Shown here one piece after another: positions 37,201-52,200 of a DNA stretch of 64,000 nt. How positions within the stretch are numbered: the stretch's first letter is position 1; each line of letters opens with the position of its first letter. A model generated the notes under the pieces. The model had not been told where the DNA came from. It made no database searches and saw only the letters and a list, made by a program, of their open reading frames with translations. A program made the translations under genes and the position numbers. Source of the DNA: Acanthaster planci (Eukaryota); contig NW_019091359.1 of assembly GCF_001949145.1 (NCBI RefSeq), positions 2,766,861 to 2,830,860 on the forward strand, written 5' to 3'.

Positions 37201-38900
37201 TTTAATACTCGTGGTGCATCTCGATGAAAAGATGTTTTTTGTTAATTAAACTGAGGAAAGCGAAATTATTTGTACGAAGCTTTACACAAGATTTTTTTTC
37301 GATTCCTTGCAAATTAAAGGGCAATCCATAACAGCGATTGGGAAGAGTTCAGGCCACCGAATAAAATGATAGCCGATATCCGTATTTTGCTGCTAGAATT
37401 AGTTCAATACTTTGGGTGTTTTATGGACAAGAATGTAAGAAAACTGCACGAAAAACTCCACTCATGACACGAATGTTTATCAAGCTCGCTACATCTTTTC
37501 CGGAAGAAAATTAAAGCAACTCCACAAGTCCCTTTCATTCATGCACGCACCCTGATTTGACAGAAACGTAAGATCCTGCCGGTGAAGGGAAAACATCAAG
37601 TAGAAAATGTGCAAACGGTAATCTTCATGATGGTTATCTTCATTATTTGTTTATTTTCATAAAAAGACATTAAAACGCTAATAAACACTCTATCTACAAG
37701 AGAACGGCAGGATGTTGTCGCACTGCATGGGGTAGAGGATGGGAAACGATTACACACGAGAATGGTGTCATTAAACGCGTGAAGTCGACAATTAATATGA
37801 AGCTCTTTAACATGCACCTGTCTCGTCAATGAGGTCAAGATATTCAGCACGACATCCCATCTTCTATTACTTTCCGTGCAATTCGATACTTAACCGTTGA
37901 TACATGTTATACGTGTATATCAATCTTTCTTCAGACGCGGTGTTATAGACGGGAATAGTTTTGGCCAGGGCGATGCTCTTTTGGAAGCAGATTTTCTGGA
38001 GAGATAGTTTCAACTTGGCGACTGTCTTTGGAAGTTGTTTTTGAAATTGTCGACAAAAGTGGTTGTTTTGCTGGCTCTGTCGCCTTTGATCCTAATCTCA
38101 CAGGTTTTCCGGTGTATCCTTGAAGACTGCCGTGTTCCATATCCGTCGCATGCATCTGTGCTCTATTTCAACACAGAGCCAGACTACCCCATCTCCCGTC
38201 TCAGAATTTGTCGCTCTAATCGTGGATGCTCTCACATTACCCTTTTAGGTGGTGTGGTTATGATATTGAAAAAAATTCCCGAAGTGTTCTAATTGTTAAT
38301 GGTTTTTTGTTTTAATATGCAATAACCCTTTAAAATGAATGGAATCATGAGAGACTCGGCGAGCAGCAGCGTATTTCGGACGGCTTTGTTTGCTCGGGTC
38401 TCCGCCGTTCCGTTGTCTCTGACCCGTAAATTAATTAAGCTGGTCTCTACGGGTTACTGTGCACATGTTTGCGCATGTTTGACAATACTTCCGCGGCCAG
38501 CACCATTAAAATCTGTTGCTGTCAAAAAGACGGGGAAGGGATATACTCAGAGACCAGGAATTCAACCTACAGTAGGAGTCCAGTACTATAGGCCTATACA
38601 GAGTGAATCCAATGGTGTTTAGGTGATCCATTTCCTTCAAGTTCATCGATAATGTATGCTGGACTTCTAAGACGGTCTGAATAATGTTTAGAACAAAGTG
38701 AAGCATATTTTGGCGTTAAAAAGCAGTTACTTCAGTAGTTATTTGCTGTAACTATTTTCATGATGTCACGAATTTCTAGGAAGATTTCCTCTAACAAACC
38801 TTGAAGAAAGTTAATTTTATGCTTAGGAAATTTTTGTATTAAAATCTAGAGGAAATTCCTCTGAATATGGCCTATCCTTTTAAAGAAGAAACACTTCCTC

Positions 38901-38932
38901 GCGTCAGATCGGTTGGGATTCGAACCCGTGAC
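38901..38932 (-). mobile_element. tRNA-derived SINE fragment (B-box only)
   Basis: Minus strand GGGTTCGAATCCC T-arm/B-box. No full cloverleaf. Confidence 0.35.
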
Positions 38933-40299
38933 ACTAAAAAATACACCCCCCAAAAAAAAGCTGCAACAAAAATCAAACTATCTTTATGGCGTGCCCCATT
39001 TTTCTAAATGAATAAAAAATAACGTGCTTATTATCTTTGCATTGGCTTCTCGCTAAAACACATCTCACACGTATTGCCTTTGGTTTCAATTTAATGGAAC
39101 CTCCGTTTGTCAAATATTGACAAACTTGAGGATGTCAACGGCCATGCAACCCGCGCACACTTCAAATATCAAATATTTTAATAAATCTAGGCCATCGTCA
39201 TCATCTGATGTGAAAAGGACCTCCATCAAAGCCTAAGTTGAAGCAAATATAAAATTTAAAAAATGCCATCCGTTGCAGCTTTTAATCAATTCAATATAGG
39301 GTAGTCTATTGGTAAACCTCACTTTAAAGAGTGTAAGATATTAAAAATGCTGCATGGATTTTCTGTTTTTCATTCATATACTGAAGTGGTTACAAATAGT
39401 CTTTGCAGGATTTTCTTTTTTGTAAGTACTTAGAATACCACCCTGATCTTCTGTAGATTAAGATATCGATAAAATAAGAGGCGTTTTTACTGGTTTCCCC
39501 TCTCAAGTCCTATCCTGAGACACCATTTCTCAGGGCAGGGACACCTGCTGGAATTACATCACACTAATGCCAATTCCATGCGGGCAGTCTTACACGACCT
39601 TCCCTCCCCACTACGGTTACTTCTCATTTTAAAAATTCAGAAGAACTGGTGTTATTTGTCGCTTGCAGGCTTCAGAGGGCTACGGCCGATTGCTTCCGAG
39701 CTCCCCACGGGCTAAGGTGGAAAATTGACGCTTGTTCGCAGTCGGCCTCGAAAGCGCAGCCGCATAAACGCGTTAACAGCTCTCTGGAGCACAGGTGCTG
39801 ACTAGGAATGTTGAAAATACAGGCCTTACCTGTATTTCGTTGGCTACTGAGAATGTTCTGTTGTTGAGTTGTGCTTTTTATCAAAATGGACACCTTCGTT
39901 CATGATGACCAAATTGAATGGATGACAATCTAAACTTTAAACTGCGAAAATTAGAACATCTCTTCATAAATTTGTGAATTCGTATCTGGTTCTGTTTATC
40001 TTTTGTAAAGTTTCTTTGTTGTCTATTGGTCGGCATTCCGTAATTTCTTGTGACGATTCTTTCCAATGATACTGCCAATGGTGTGTTAAAACAGAATTTT
40101 ATATGCATATAAGTAAAAACAGGACTCCATTTTTCTTACCGGAATTTGTGATTCGAATCCTAAGTGGAAGAAGCTGTAGCGTAATACCGTTCTTGACTGA
40201 GTTTGTGTTCACCACATACACTAGGCAATGTCAACCCAGTCTGGTGCTTGGATAATGACCTGACTATTGAAAGTTTGTCAGGTTGAAGAGTTTGTTTAT

Positions 40300-40680
40300 G
40301 AGTGGATGGCCGATTGGCTGGATGACGGTTTGGCTACCATTTGGTTGGCTAGCTAGAGCTGGCTCCCCGACTGTTTCTGGCATTGCTGCTGTTGGAGTAA
40401 TTGTTCTGCCGCTTGGCTTTGTTGTTTGGCTCATTGGCTTGCTGGGTGATTGGCTGGTTGTGTGGCTGGCTGCATGGTTTGTTGGCCGATAGGCTGATTC
40501 TTTGGCTGCCTGTTTGTCTCATTGGCTAGCTGGCTGCTTGGCTGGTTGCATGGGTGGCTGATTGATTGTTTGTGTGGCTGGCTGTTTGACTCATTGGCTT
40601 TCTGGGCAATGCTGGCTGATTGGCTCATTGGCTGGCTGTTTAGCCAGCCTGTTTGGCAGTAGCTGTTTTCCTGGTTGGCT
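40300..40680. repeat. Degenerate tetranucleotide microsatellite (GGCT/GGTT/GATT)n
   Basis: Repeated tggc/tggt/tgat units. It accounts for the low-complexity ORFs at 40283 and 40431. Confidence 0.85.
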
Positions 40681-43059
40681 ACTTTAGTTTTAGTTCGGGG
40701 TGAATTAGGTATTTTCAAGTCAGCCGGTTGGTATGCTAGGGGAACAGACTCATTTGTTTGAAGTCCCTGCATATCTAGAATAATCCAACTACATCACGTT
40801 GACTTCCGCATAAGACACAAGAGCCACAAAGACAAGGCGATTTACCGTGTCGATATGCATAATGCAATGATACATGCAAAGTGCAATAGTCCTTTCATCG
40901 AATTCCTACCGCCCCACTGAGCAGGTCTCGCCCAATCAAGTCATCCCTTCAGACGAACTGTAAACTTGAGGATTCTCCGTGGCAACTGTCGTTGCCACGA
41001 ACCTGATGGGCGGAACTTTTCGATTAATATTCCTCTTCCGCACGAGAGACGCCAAAGGGTATTACTCGATCCGAGCGAGACTTGGAAGTTTCATTTCAGA
41101 ATCATTTATAATATGCCGGCACGAGTTTGCTGTGGGAATTAAAAGGAAACTGGCGAAATTCAATATATTAACTAGTTCCTGACCTTTTTCCTAATGATAG
41201 CTGGAATATGCTGCGCGTATTGATAAACCACAAGCTTTGGAGAAAACTTGTTAAATCGACGAGTTTTCTCTCAATTGTCAGCCAATCGCATATCAGTTGA
41301 GGGTCATATTGCTTGTTTCACTGCCTTCATTGGCCGTAAACCTATGGGAAACAGGAAGTAGCTTATATATTTGCCACTGTAGCAAATGAATTCGGACACG
41401 GTCACGCGACGTCTCCCAATTTATCTTGACACTTTCGAATTCTTGTGGAGTTTCAACAGTTTCGAAGACAATCTGTGCGGCTCCAAATGCTTTTTATAAC
41501 GTACATAATGCATGGGTGTGCGAAAGCTGCCATTTTCACGGACAGTGACGCAAATACTTGTCTTGAAATCAAGACTGACAACAAAGGAAGACTATTTGCA
41601 TACGATTAAGTATGTACACATCGGCTAAGGCAAGAACGAAGCAAAACGTCAGCACTAAATTATGCACGCTGCGCATATGACGTCAAATATTACAAACATC
41701 CACAGGTTCGTTTTCACTCAGTATTATGCTCGACAGGAGGGTTTGCCCTGAAATTGTCGATGAGCCCGCCAAAAAGCTTCCCATGACTCAGCACATGTTG
41801 ATTTCTGACTGTTTTCATTGTCAACTCACTGTAGACGTCATAGGCTCTGTAGCTGTTTAAGTTTATAAAGGAATCCCATTTTTGGATCAATACAAAAATA
41901 ACTGCCAGCATACGAAGGATTATTAAGGTGTTGGATTGTGGGGCCTAAATTGAAAGCTTCATTTCTTAACTTTAATAAAACTGACACGCAGTGATAAAGA
42001 CAAAACTTATTTTAAGCGATTAAAACAACAGAAACTTAGTCAATGAAAAACTTCTTCGTCTTCGGGAAACAAATTACAAAACTGGTGATCAAGATAAATA
42101 TTTGTTACAAGACCACTTTAAAACAGCTATATACTTCCAATTATTCTCTTCAGATATGTGAAATAAAATCAGACCCATTTCCATGAAATGAACTAATCAT
42201 AAACTCTCAGCTCGCCCCCGAAAAAGTCCTTTACCGCCCCCGAACCTCGACTGTCTCGAAGAGGGCGTGAATTCGCAAAATTCCTCCCGCAATTGAGCGA
42301 TTCCAACAAGTGGGAACCAGACACGAGGAGACAGAGGCAAGAGTGCCGCTAGGACAACAACATGATTGAGTGTGACACCGGGCATTAATGGATAGAAGCT
42401 ACCGGAGTTATTGACGAGACGCGGGCTGACACTCGGCAAATTTCACCCCGGTCGCTCCCCTCACCGACCGATCAGACTTTTTGCAGGTTGGCCACTGCAG
42501 AATGCCTGTGTTGCAATGTCGATTTGATCCCCCCCCCCGCAATACACGTTGGGATTGGACTATCGCTAAGTGCATAAATTGTGATACACTGAAGAGAGTA
42601 ATTGCTTCTGTGTCCGGGTTTTTAATATAGATGCCCAGAGAAGCTATCGTAAAGGGTGGTTTCATTGAAGACAGGTGCAAGATTTAACAAGCAGACGTGT
42701 GGTGATATTTTTGAAAAGTAACGTCTCAAGTTTTTTTGAACAATCAATTGCAATTACGCTGGGAAGGCGGAGGGATTAATGGAGGGTAATGAGAGTTTCA
42801 CTGGAAAGCTCTGGTGAACCCTCCACTGGATGGGCTTATAGATATGGGTTTAAAACATTCAGGTCTGGCGAAGCCTTAACACATGAGAGAGGTAGGGAAT
42901 TCTGTCCCCCCCCACATGAGAGAGAACATCCAAACTTTCGAATCATCAGATAATTTACGGTTTGAATGAAGATCATTTTTATAAAGGGTCACATGCATGG
43001 AACAAGTGATTTAATACCCAAGCCGTTGAGTTCATTTTCTGCATTCTCCGGATAGCTGT

Positions 43060-43240
43060 CAGAATGTACAACTGGTGTCAGTCTGGATGGCAGTCAACAC
43101 GAAAGAATCTGGCAAATGAATGTGTATATCAAGGAGGTTCAGGGAGACAGGTTTGATGAACGTCTTCGATGGGTCGCTGGAGGAGTAAGAGATATACGAC
43201 ATCAAGAGAATGACAAAGTGACTCTCATGGAGAGCGGTTC
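43060..43240 (-). mobile_element. Possible heavily decayed CR1/L2 LINE reverse transcriptase fragment
   Basis: Minus strand has frameshifted echoes in the expected order: SHFVI, DVHQ (cf. GVPQG), GACACCAGTTGTAC (cf. DTQLY). Confidence 0.3.
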
Positions 43241-46200
43241 TACAGTAGATCCATAGACCTATGCGGCAAGAGAAACTGTCAGTGCAATAGTCAGGTGTCG
43301 TCTATCTGTTGTCTTATCATTAAAATGGCGGCTTTTAAAATGTCTCATATCGGGTTACGTCAATTTTGGTTTGATCGACAAGTAAGACTAGGTCTTGGCG
43401 CAACACAAAACACACTGTTTACAGTGTGTTTTGTCGAGGCACTGATGACCATCACCATGAATATTGGTTCACGTGTTGTATTCCCAATCCATCATTTTCC
43501 TATTTACCAAATTATTAATGGACTGCCGGATCTCCAATAATGCAGCACCTGTCGTGTACACTAGTCACGCGGGCCGGATCAAGTGTGAAACACTGCACTT
43601 TTTGTCTTCATGGGCTGGGAAATCAATTTCATTCAGAAATCACATTAACCGCCGCTTGCGCTGTTTTCGGCCGCTTTGCAAATCCAATCGTGTACCTGGA
43701 CTCATCAACTATACCACCTGCAGTGTGATGGGTTAGCGAGGGCATCATTAATCAGTTTGCAACCATGAGATCCTATGACCTGGTGTTTGGCTCTATGCTT
43801 CTAACGGTTAGAGTGTTCGAGTAGTATTAAGTCTTTGCTCGGCCATCGACTCACTCCACCCTACCGCAGTTTATTCTGTTCTCCGCCAGATATGGTGTTC
43901 GAGCATATAGGCATCGTCAGAAAGGGGGATATCTTTTTCCAGTGGGATTAAAATCACTCAGCAACAAATTGACAAACCATCAACTTAGAGGGGGTCAGTA
44001 CTGAACAAAGTTGAATTTTCATCCATTTTCCTCCCTTCTTTTCGTTTCTTTCCTTCCCCTTTCCCTTCCCCGCCCCGCCCCTTTTGTTTTTCTAATCTAA
44101 CCACCCGCACCCTTGCCCTCCATGACGACCATATACGTTCACGTTGATCCACAGCGAGATTCCCCAAAGACAGATCGAATTCGGACAATACACGCGATCG
44201 ACAGTCTCCTCATTGTTGAGAAATCTTCCACAAAAATCAAACAACCTGTCAAAAGACGCTCAAAGTTCCTCCCGTCTCTGATGATGACTGTAGTTACGTT
44301 TGCTCCTAGGACGAGGAGCGGGCAAGAGATCCCTATCCTCTCCGGTGGAATTACTCGGGGCGTTCCATTGAAAACGGACGAGTATAAAGGCTGCATGCTC
44401 GATAGGAAATCGAGTAACTCACTAAATGCCAGATATCCTGCAGCTATCCTCACTGTGCTATATATATCCCGTGATAATCTGAGACACCAAGTTTTCGCAG
44501 CTGGGGGGAGGCATTTAACAGTTTCTATCTGTAACCATGATCTGTGTGAGGGGGTGATGCCAAAGTTTGGGGCTTCTTTGGGAAGGAAAGGGAAATGAAA
44601 TAACCCGTGATTTGGTTCCTCTTATGTGGGATGTCCCGCTCCCTCCGACAGTTGGAAATCAGGCGAATAACTCGGAGCCATTCGGGAGTGTCAGATATCA
44701 TTTGCGATGCAGTTTGTCCAGCTCAGACTATGAGTTAGGATCCTGCGTCTTTTTGTAAAGATTTTTCCCCCATGCTTGTGTTTGGGAGTTACCCCCCCCC
44801 CCTTCAAGGCTTTATATGTCTCTCCGGGTTTCTAAGTATCTGTAAGCCACATCGGTGCTACAGGTCGTAAGAGGAACCTGTTTCGATGAGGAATAAACAA
44901 ACTGATGCTAAAAGTCATCTAACTAACCTTCTTGTATGTCATTTAATGTTACATATACTGTCGCTGTCAGTGCAAGTAAGTGATGTGTTAACCATAACGA
45001 TGGTGTTTCTACCTCAATTGTCTTTTACAAGCCATAGCTTTTTCGTAATACTTTACTGTCGACCATAATCTTTGTCACTCCCCGGTGATTGGATTACAAG
45101 TACGGACACAGGGGAGGACGAGTACCATGAAGCAGGAGAAGATCCCGAGGACTTGTCAGAGTCAAGAGTCTTTGTAAAAAGGCTCAATAAACCCAGCATT
45201 TAAAGCCCGCAAACGTTGCTAAGGAAACGTCGCCAATACGTCACATGAATGTGAGCATCCTTCTTGATAAATGTCTGTTGAAGAAAACTATCAAGATCAT
45301 TCATGACTTAATGAACGTCTAGACAAGCAAAATGCACTATAGTTTGAAAGACGTTTTCCATCATACTCTTCGTCTACCTCGGGAGAGGTTTTTCTTAAAC
45401 CATTTTACCGTGGATCGGCAAGCTTTAAGTACGACCATTCGCCTTTGAAAATATCAATAGTTTATGGGCTTCGAGCTGGATCGAGAGGGGAGAAATTTCG
45501 CTTGCAAAGGCGGTTCCTTTGGTAGTTGCGGCGCATCGGTGGTTTCACGAACGACTATGAAAAGAAAGCGTTGCAGTAGCATCGCTACTAACAAAATGAA
45601 CACATCCGACCAGCATGGCTCTTTTCAACCGATGAGGGGGTGCTTCTGTTCGGGCCGGATAGAGATCCTTCAGCCACATGTGGTTCGACACAAACACTAA
45701 CCAGTCTCATTTACAGTTCTGTGTTGGCGGTCATCAGATTGGTGGTTTCCTGGTTATTACCATAAACCTACAGCTCTGCACTTTCAAGAACAAGGCCATG
45801 TTTAAAGATATTCCAGTAACAACTTGTTGAGGGAGAGAGTTTGGTAACTCTGCCCGTTGTTAACTGTTGTGCCTATGACGGAAGTCTTCAACTTGCGTGC
45901 TTAGATGCAAGGTGCATCGATCTTTGAAGCCGCGGTAAATACCTTTTACCATCCTAAAAGCATTTGCTATCTTTCAATCTCATGCGTTTGGGGGGGGTAG
46001 GAGGGGTGATAATATGAAGTCATGGTCATCCAACCAAAACCCATTTCCTGATCCGGCAAAATACCGTGTGCTTTGTGGCGCGTAGCCAGGGTAACATCGT
46101 CTAAAATACTCGGCTTGTCACCGGCGCAGTCGCGCAGCTGGCCTCGCTTCCGTGGATCCGGGAATCCTAACCAGTTGGTGCTCTGGTTTGATTAGTTTTT

Positions 46201-49200
46201 CCTTCTTTGGCGAAGGCTTTGGTTAGTATGAATTGTCTTGGTTTCTTTTCCGAGTATTAAGTCATCGTGCCCAGAATGCCACCAAGGGTTTGGGGCTTTA
46301 TCGAATTATTTTGCGGTTTTTAGTTGTCATTGTCCATTAACCAGGTATTTACATTGCGAAATGTTTCAACCATAAGATATATTTCACTATATTGCATTAG
46401 ACAACCACACCGGAACGAAAAAAACTTGTGGCTTCTATATTTAGTCGCTGGGGATGTCCCCTCGCGAACCCATTTGGCATTGAAGTTGTCATGAAAGTTT
46501 CTCGTGATCATTTGAACAAACATCCCTACCGTGAATACCCACAGGCACAGTCAACCCAATGCTCCGCGGGGGCCAGCCCCGGCAACCAGTTTAGTATCGT
46601 GATTGACATGAATCTTGATGTCTGGATATAAAGCCCGACGTTGAAACAATCTCATCCCATACACTCGAGTTTTTCCTGATGGTTATTCATTTTCCCAATT
46701 TTAAACTGCTCCTTTTAATGGTAGATAATGGGCTTATTTACGACGGACCTTTAATTTGAAGGTCACGAAGAAAATGGAACAGGAAAAAAGTTACACAGAT
46801 AAATCGCAAGCTTTAAAAATATATTTGCTAAGAAATAACTTTCTATTCAACACAGTTCACGCACCATTAATACAGTCACCGTCACCATTAACAGTCTTAA
46901 CTTTGTACACGATGGGGAAACATTTCCAAGTGAAACATATTTAGTTAAAATAGCCACCCAAATGTTTGCAAATGCTTAGAACGTCTCAAACTCATGAACA
47001 TACCAGTCACATGGGGTTAGTTATTGATTTTGGTTGATTGACAGATATCCCTGGTGTGGTTGACCTCCGACTACAAAACACCTGAGGATAGGCGAGCCAG
47101 TTGGCACCACAGCGATACTGCCCACCTGTCTGGTCCGAACAAGGCACATGTAACTGTGTCAAGTTTCAGCAAATCGGATTGCGAGAACCCTTTTGACAAC
47201 TGATTAAGCGAAAAATACCTGGAATTTGACTAAAATGCGTGGTATGCTATTGTCTGCCAACCCCCGCGACTTTTCTGGAATAACAAGTACACTCTCTCGT
47301 CTTCTGTCCGGAAACTCCTTTACACGAAGATTAAGTTTTATCTGAAACTTTCACTGGCGTTTCGTTTTAAGACGAACAATGGGCTGTGGGGTCGATGGAC
47401 CGATTGATTACATGGAAATGAATGACTGAAACAACATAAATGTGCCGGAGAGAGTATGACTGTTGATAAGATCTCAAGTACTCTTCAACTCGACAACTAA
47501 CAGCCTGATCTTGAATGACAGGTTGTTGAAATTGAAAAATTGAAAGAAACGTGTAGGCAACTGTAAAGAGGAACTCGAAAATGTTTGCTGCGGAGAATTC
47601 AGAACTGAGTGTAAAAACTGAGTGTGTTTTGTATGGCATTTACTTTATTTATTGTAGCCATATTGGTGACAGCTTTGTCTCATCGAGAGAACAGCACTTG
47701 TGTTTGAACTTGATAACTTGCAGGCCTATCTCCTAGTCTTAGGCTCAGTCTCCGGCCAAAGGTTTTCATCAAGAGACGCGTACAAGTCGGTTTACTTCAG
47801 GGTAGTCCTAACTCGACATGTAGCTCATTGGAACTGATACATTGAGACACGAAAGCAGTGGGAATTACCTGTAGTGTAGGATGCTGGGTAATATCGACTG
47901 AATATGCTCCATGGATTGGTCGCTGTGGCGGTGAACGACCTATGGACGACGCGTGCCAATTGAAAATGGTCGGTGTCCGTCCGTTTATTCTAACCCCATA
48001 GCACTCACCCGTCACACAGTCGTCTCCCCCGCCCACATGCTCTCCTAAAATGAATACGTTTAGGCGACAAGTTGTCACACCGACCAGACTATCTGAATTA
48101 CATAGGGGAATTTAACTTTTTAATAAAGGTGTAGCCATTAGAATGTCATCATAATACAAAATAAGTATTCAATATATAAGGACAATATAAGTTTCTAAGG
48201 CAAGGAAATCGTCAGATTGACGAAGAGTTTTGAAAATTTGTTGCCACAGGAAACAAATTTATTCCAAGCAGCTTCATGATAAGTTTATCAGAAAAATCGA
48301 GTCCTGAAATTACGATTGCATCTATGGCGACAGAAGGCCTGTGAAGACAAATTACTTGAAAACTTGTGTGTTACTTGTGAGATAAATTTATTCAATTACT
48401 TATTTACATTGTTGATTTGGTCCTTTTCCAGACGAATACAGAAAACATGGAGAAGTCTTCAGAATAAACCGTCTACGTTCGGCGTTGCCGCCGTGCATGA
48501 TGTTACTTAGGCCTACTATGAAATTCTGAACTTGAGTTTGTGTTGATTCTTGAAGTCTGATCAATTTGTCTCATTCTGATTAAGTCAAATCAAATCGGTC
48601 GCGACAGGGTGGACATCCTCTTAATATTTGAAGGGAAATGCACTCGGATCAGCCATTTAGTTTACTTGAATAGACACGTCTCAGACACTTGTTTTGCATA
48701 TCACTGCTTCGGCAAATAACTAAGCGGTAATAATTTGATTGGTAATGCAGTGGATTCCAAATAATTTATCGATGATTTACCGAAATAGTTGCATCTCCTG
48801 TCTTTATATCAGTGAGCATGTTAGCTGTAAAAGGGAAAAATATGTAAGTCATGGAGTTGTCTGTTACGACTGTGCCGTATTATTTTAGTTGAGAAGTTGG
48901 TAATCTCTTTCTCCCAATTTGGTCAACTTTATATTCTTTTTGTCAAACGAAGTTCAACATATTTTATTGGTCTTTAAAATGGAAAATTTCTGACTCCTGG
49001 ACTGGGTCAAAGGTCAAGTATCTCCTGGCTTTTTTATCCGTGTTGAAAACACTACCTGTCAGATGTGAAGCAAAGACAAGTGGGCCACAGAACAAACCAG
49101 CAATGCATATCTCGGATTTTTTGGCCAAATTACACCCCTCAAGTAGTACTTGAAAACAAGTGATGTTTACCCCCACAGACCCCATACAAGGAAGTAGGTT

Positions 49201-52200
49201 GGTGTGGTGATTACAGCCAAGAATTGGCAAAATTGAGTAATGGGAATAAATGTTTTGTGGACTCGGTGTTTGTCACTGTTCCTCAGAAACCTTTTTACTG
49301 TTCTTGTTTGTGACGAAAAATTTGTTGGTAGCCTCAAACCCACATTTTGTTCTCAACATGTGTTCTCCCACCTCTAAATTTATAGAATTTGTTTGTACCG
49401 ACCAGCGGGGTGAGGCAATGGGCTCCCGGGAGACCTGGCTGTTCTGTACGGTAGGCCCCATCCAGGTGCGAACGGTGTTGGATAGCGTGGCGATGGACAT
49501 GTATCCACTGAAACGTTGCATTGTTTAGTAAATATTTACAACTCGGAACGCACAATTTGACATCAGCTTGAGGTTACTTAGCTGAGACTTCGTGAGTAGG
49601 AACAAATATAGATACAAATCATAACCTGAATTGAAATTAAAAGCTTACTACTAATCATTTCGGTTATTGTTCATTCCCTAATACCATTTTCATTATGGAA
49701 CAAACTTCAAAGAATTCTACCCACCTCTAAACAAGCCGAAAAGGAGTTGTCATTTCACTATTAGTGAAATTAAAAATACAGTATTCGGTTTCTCTTTTCA
49801 ACCAAGGATAGAGCTGGAAAAATCACAAGGATGCTCCCAAACCCATTCCTGCCAATCTGTTGCTTTCTTGACAAACTCTCCCCGCTACAGTCGGTACTTG
49901 TTCAACTTGTGACAAAATTATGTCCTTTATGTGTAAGAATTTGTCTTTCTCTTTTCTCTTTTCCCAGCGGAGTCTGGACAGATTTGTTCCATCAAGGCTC
50001 TCTTTACCGCTGCAATCGTGTGAGGAATGCTAACTTAAAACCTGTTAACTAGGATTCTTCTCCAGGGGAGCACTATGCCATCCCGGGGGAAGCATAAAAT
50101 CGGAAGGAATAAGATCACTTTAGTCTTGAAAGACACCATTGGTGGTTTCGGAGGGCAACAGGGCCATGCCTCCCGGCCCAAAAGAGGAACGAAAATCGTT
50201 GTTGAAAAATAATGAGAAATTGCTAGGGGGGGACTTTATCATTTCCATTCCTTACAAAAGCGTGTTAATAGCCCACCACTTAACCTCGCTCCTGAGAATG
50301 ACAGAGAATGTTACATAAAGACATTCCTTTTATTTCTGCACCTGACAGAGTTTTGTTCTGGATCTGTCCTTGAACTGCACATCCATGTCATTGAAATGAA
50401 CTTCTGCATTCATTGCTGCTCAGACATCATGTGCATAAAATAAAAATTATGTCCAACCGGTCTCAAAGCAAAGATAAAAGTTTACAAACCTTCACTGATT
50501 TTATACATGACGATTGTGTTTAAAGATGAGTTTTATCCAGATATTGTTTGCATTTCACTTCCAAATAATTAACAGTGTATTCAAAGAGATCGTTTTTACG
50601 ACGTGGTCATGAAAAAAGTCAGATCTAAACACATTGTAAATCCAAACGTTTTAAATTTAATTCCTTAATCTAAAGGTTCTAAATTTATTTGTTTTGAAAC
50701 AGTAAACTGAAGTCAACTATAAGCCCCCGAGGGTAAATCAATCTTTCAACAAGAAATCATTTTCACTTGGATCCCACAGCAGAATCTGGGAATAATTTTG
50801 GGACTAATAATCTGACATAATTTGACAAGTTGCCATCACCAGGCCTGGAAAACCCAAAGATCAAGGATCAATTGGCCATGTTGACATGGGATCAGCTGTC
50901 TAATTTCCTCACAAGCCTGGTTCGTCAGAGCCAAGTTTTTCTAATAAAAAGGTCTACTTTCCGAAGAATTCACGACTTCACACAACAAACTAAAATAGGT
51001 AACACTGTTTTTAGAAAACACATTTTAAAAACGGAAAACAAATTGTAGCAGTTGTCAGCAGTCGTCCCAGACACTTAAAGAAACATATCAAACAAAAGAA
51101 AAGGGCAAATTAAATGTAAACATTATATAAATTGTGAAAAATCTTGAGCCAATATCAGCATCCCAGGAATATTCACACTTTTACAAGGCACCTGTTACAA
51201 CTGCACTGGGGACTACCTTGCATGTAGCAAAAAATCTAATGTATTAGTGATTAGTCGGTTTGTGTGGTTGAACGTACGGATGTGGTGACTGGATGGAGTT
51301 TATTTTGGGCAAGTTAATTACATTCATGCTAAGTGCTTTTTGTGAATTTGTGAATCGAGCTGAATACACTGGTTATACACTGTTTTTAAATCATACACTT
51401 TAAGCACTGCAGAGAATTTTTTGTCTGTCAATGATAGTAGGCCTACCTTACTAAAACTAAGATTTGATTATTTTTGCGTGCTCCATCATACTGAAAGCAA
51501 GATGTTGCGCATAGCTGCATGATGACTTCTCAATGATCCTCGTTTGATAATGGAATTGTAATGAATTTATAATGCCCACACAATATGAATATTTAATTGG
51601 TTTGTTCAATATCCCCAGTGGAGTGATCCTGTGGCTACAATCAGCTACAGAAGTAATGAAGCAGGTCCCTCCATGACGCCACTAACCAACGCCCTCGTAG
51701 CAGCCTGACCTTGACTTACACATCGTGCAAACACTAACCCCAAGCCTCGTTGGTGACGTATAATTCATAAGGTCAGAAGACAACAGTTTGATTATAGGGA
51801 TGGTGGGTGTCTTTTTTAAACAATATATTTTTATTCAAGAAATTCTGATCAAAATAAGGGCACCTATGACTAAAATAATGGAAAATGATGAAAATGGAAT
51901 TTATCCATAAAATAACAGATGCAGTGATGTCATCACTGTGTATGTAACCATTGCTAGACAGAATAATGCAACTTTATTATATAGCAGCAACTACCAAACG
52001 AAATTTCACAGGCTTGCTAAGATGGATTCGAACCACCGAAATGCTGCCCAAAGGAGGGCGCGTAGTCAAAACGCGCACGACAAAAAGGATACATTTTCAA
52101 ACAGAGGGCTGGATACACACGCTTTAGTTTTTTAATTGAGAGTGTTGTTGCTATTTAGTGTAGTTTAGACTTCTGTTTCAAAAGTAAAAATCCCTATCAT

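Noticed and set aside
38901..38932. tRNA gene
   Set aside because: Only a T-arm/B-box is present. No D-arm, anticodon arm or acceptor stem.
40283..40772. Trp/Leu-rich and Gln/Pro/Ser-rich ORFs
   Set aside because: Translation artefacts of the tetranucleotide microsatellite.
44113..44598. 161-aa ORF with an overlapping 104-aa antisense ORF
   Set aside because: Non-ATG start, no recognisable motif and no convincing exon context.
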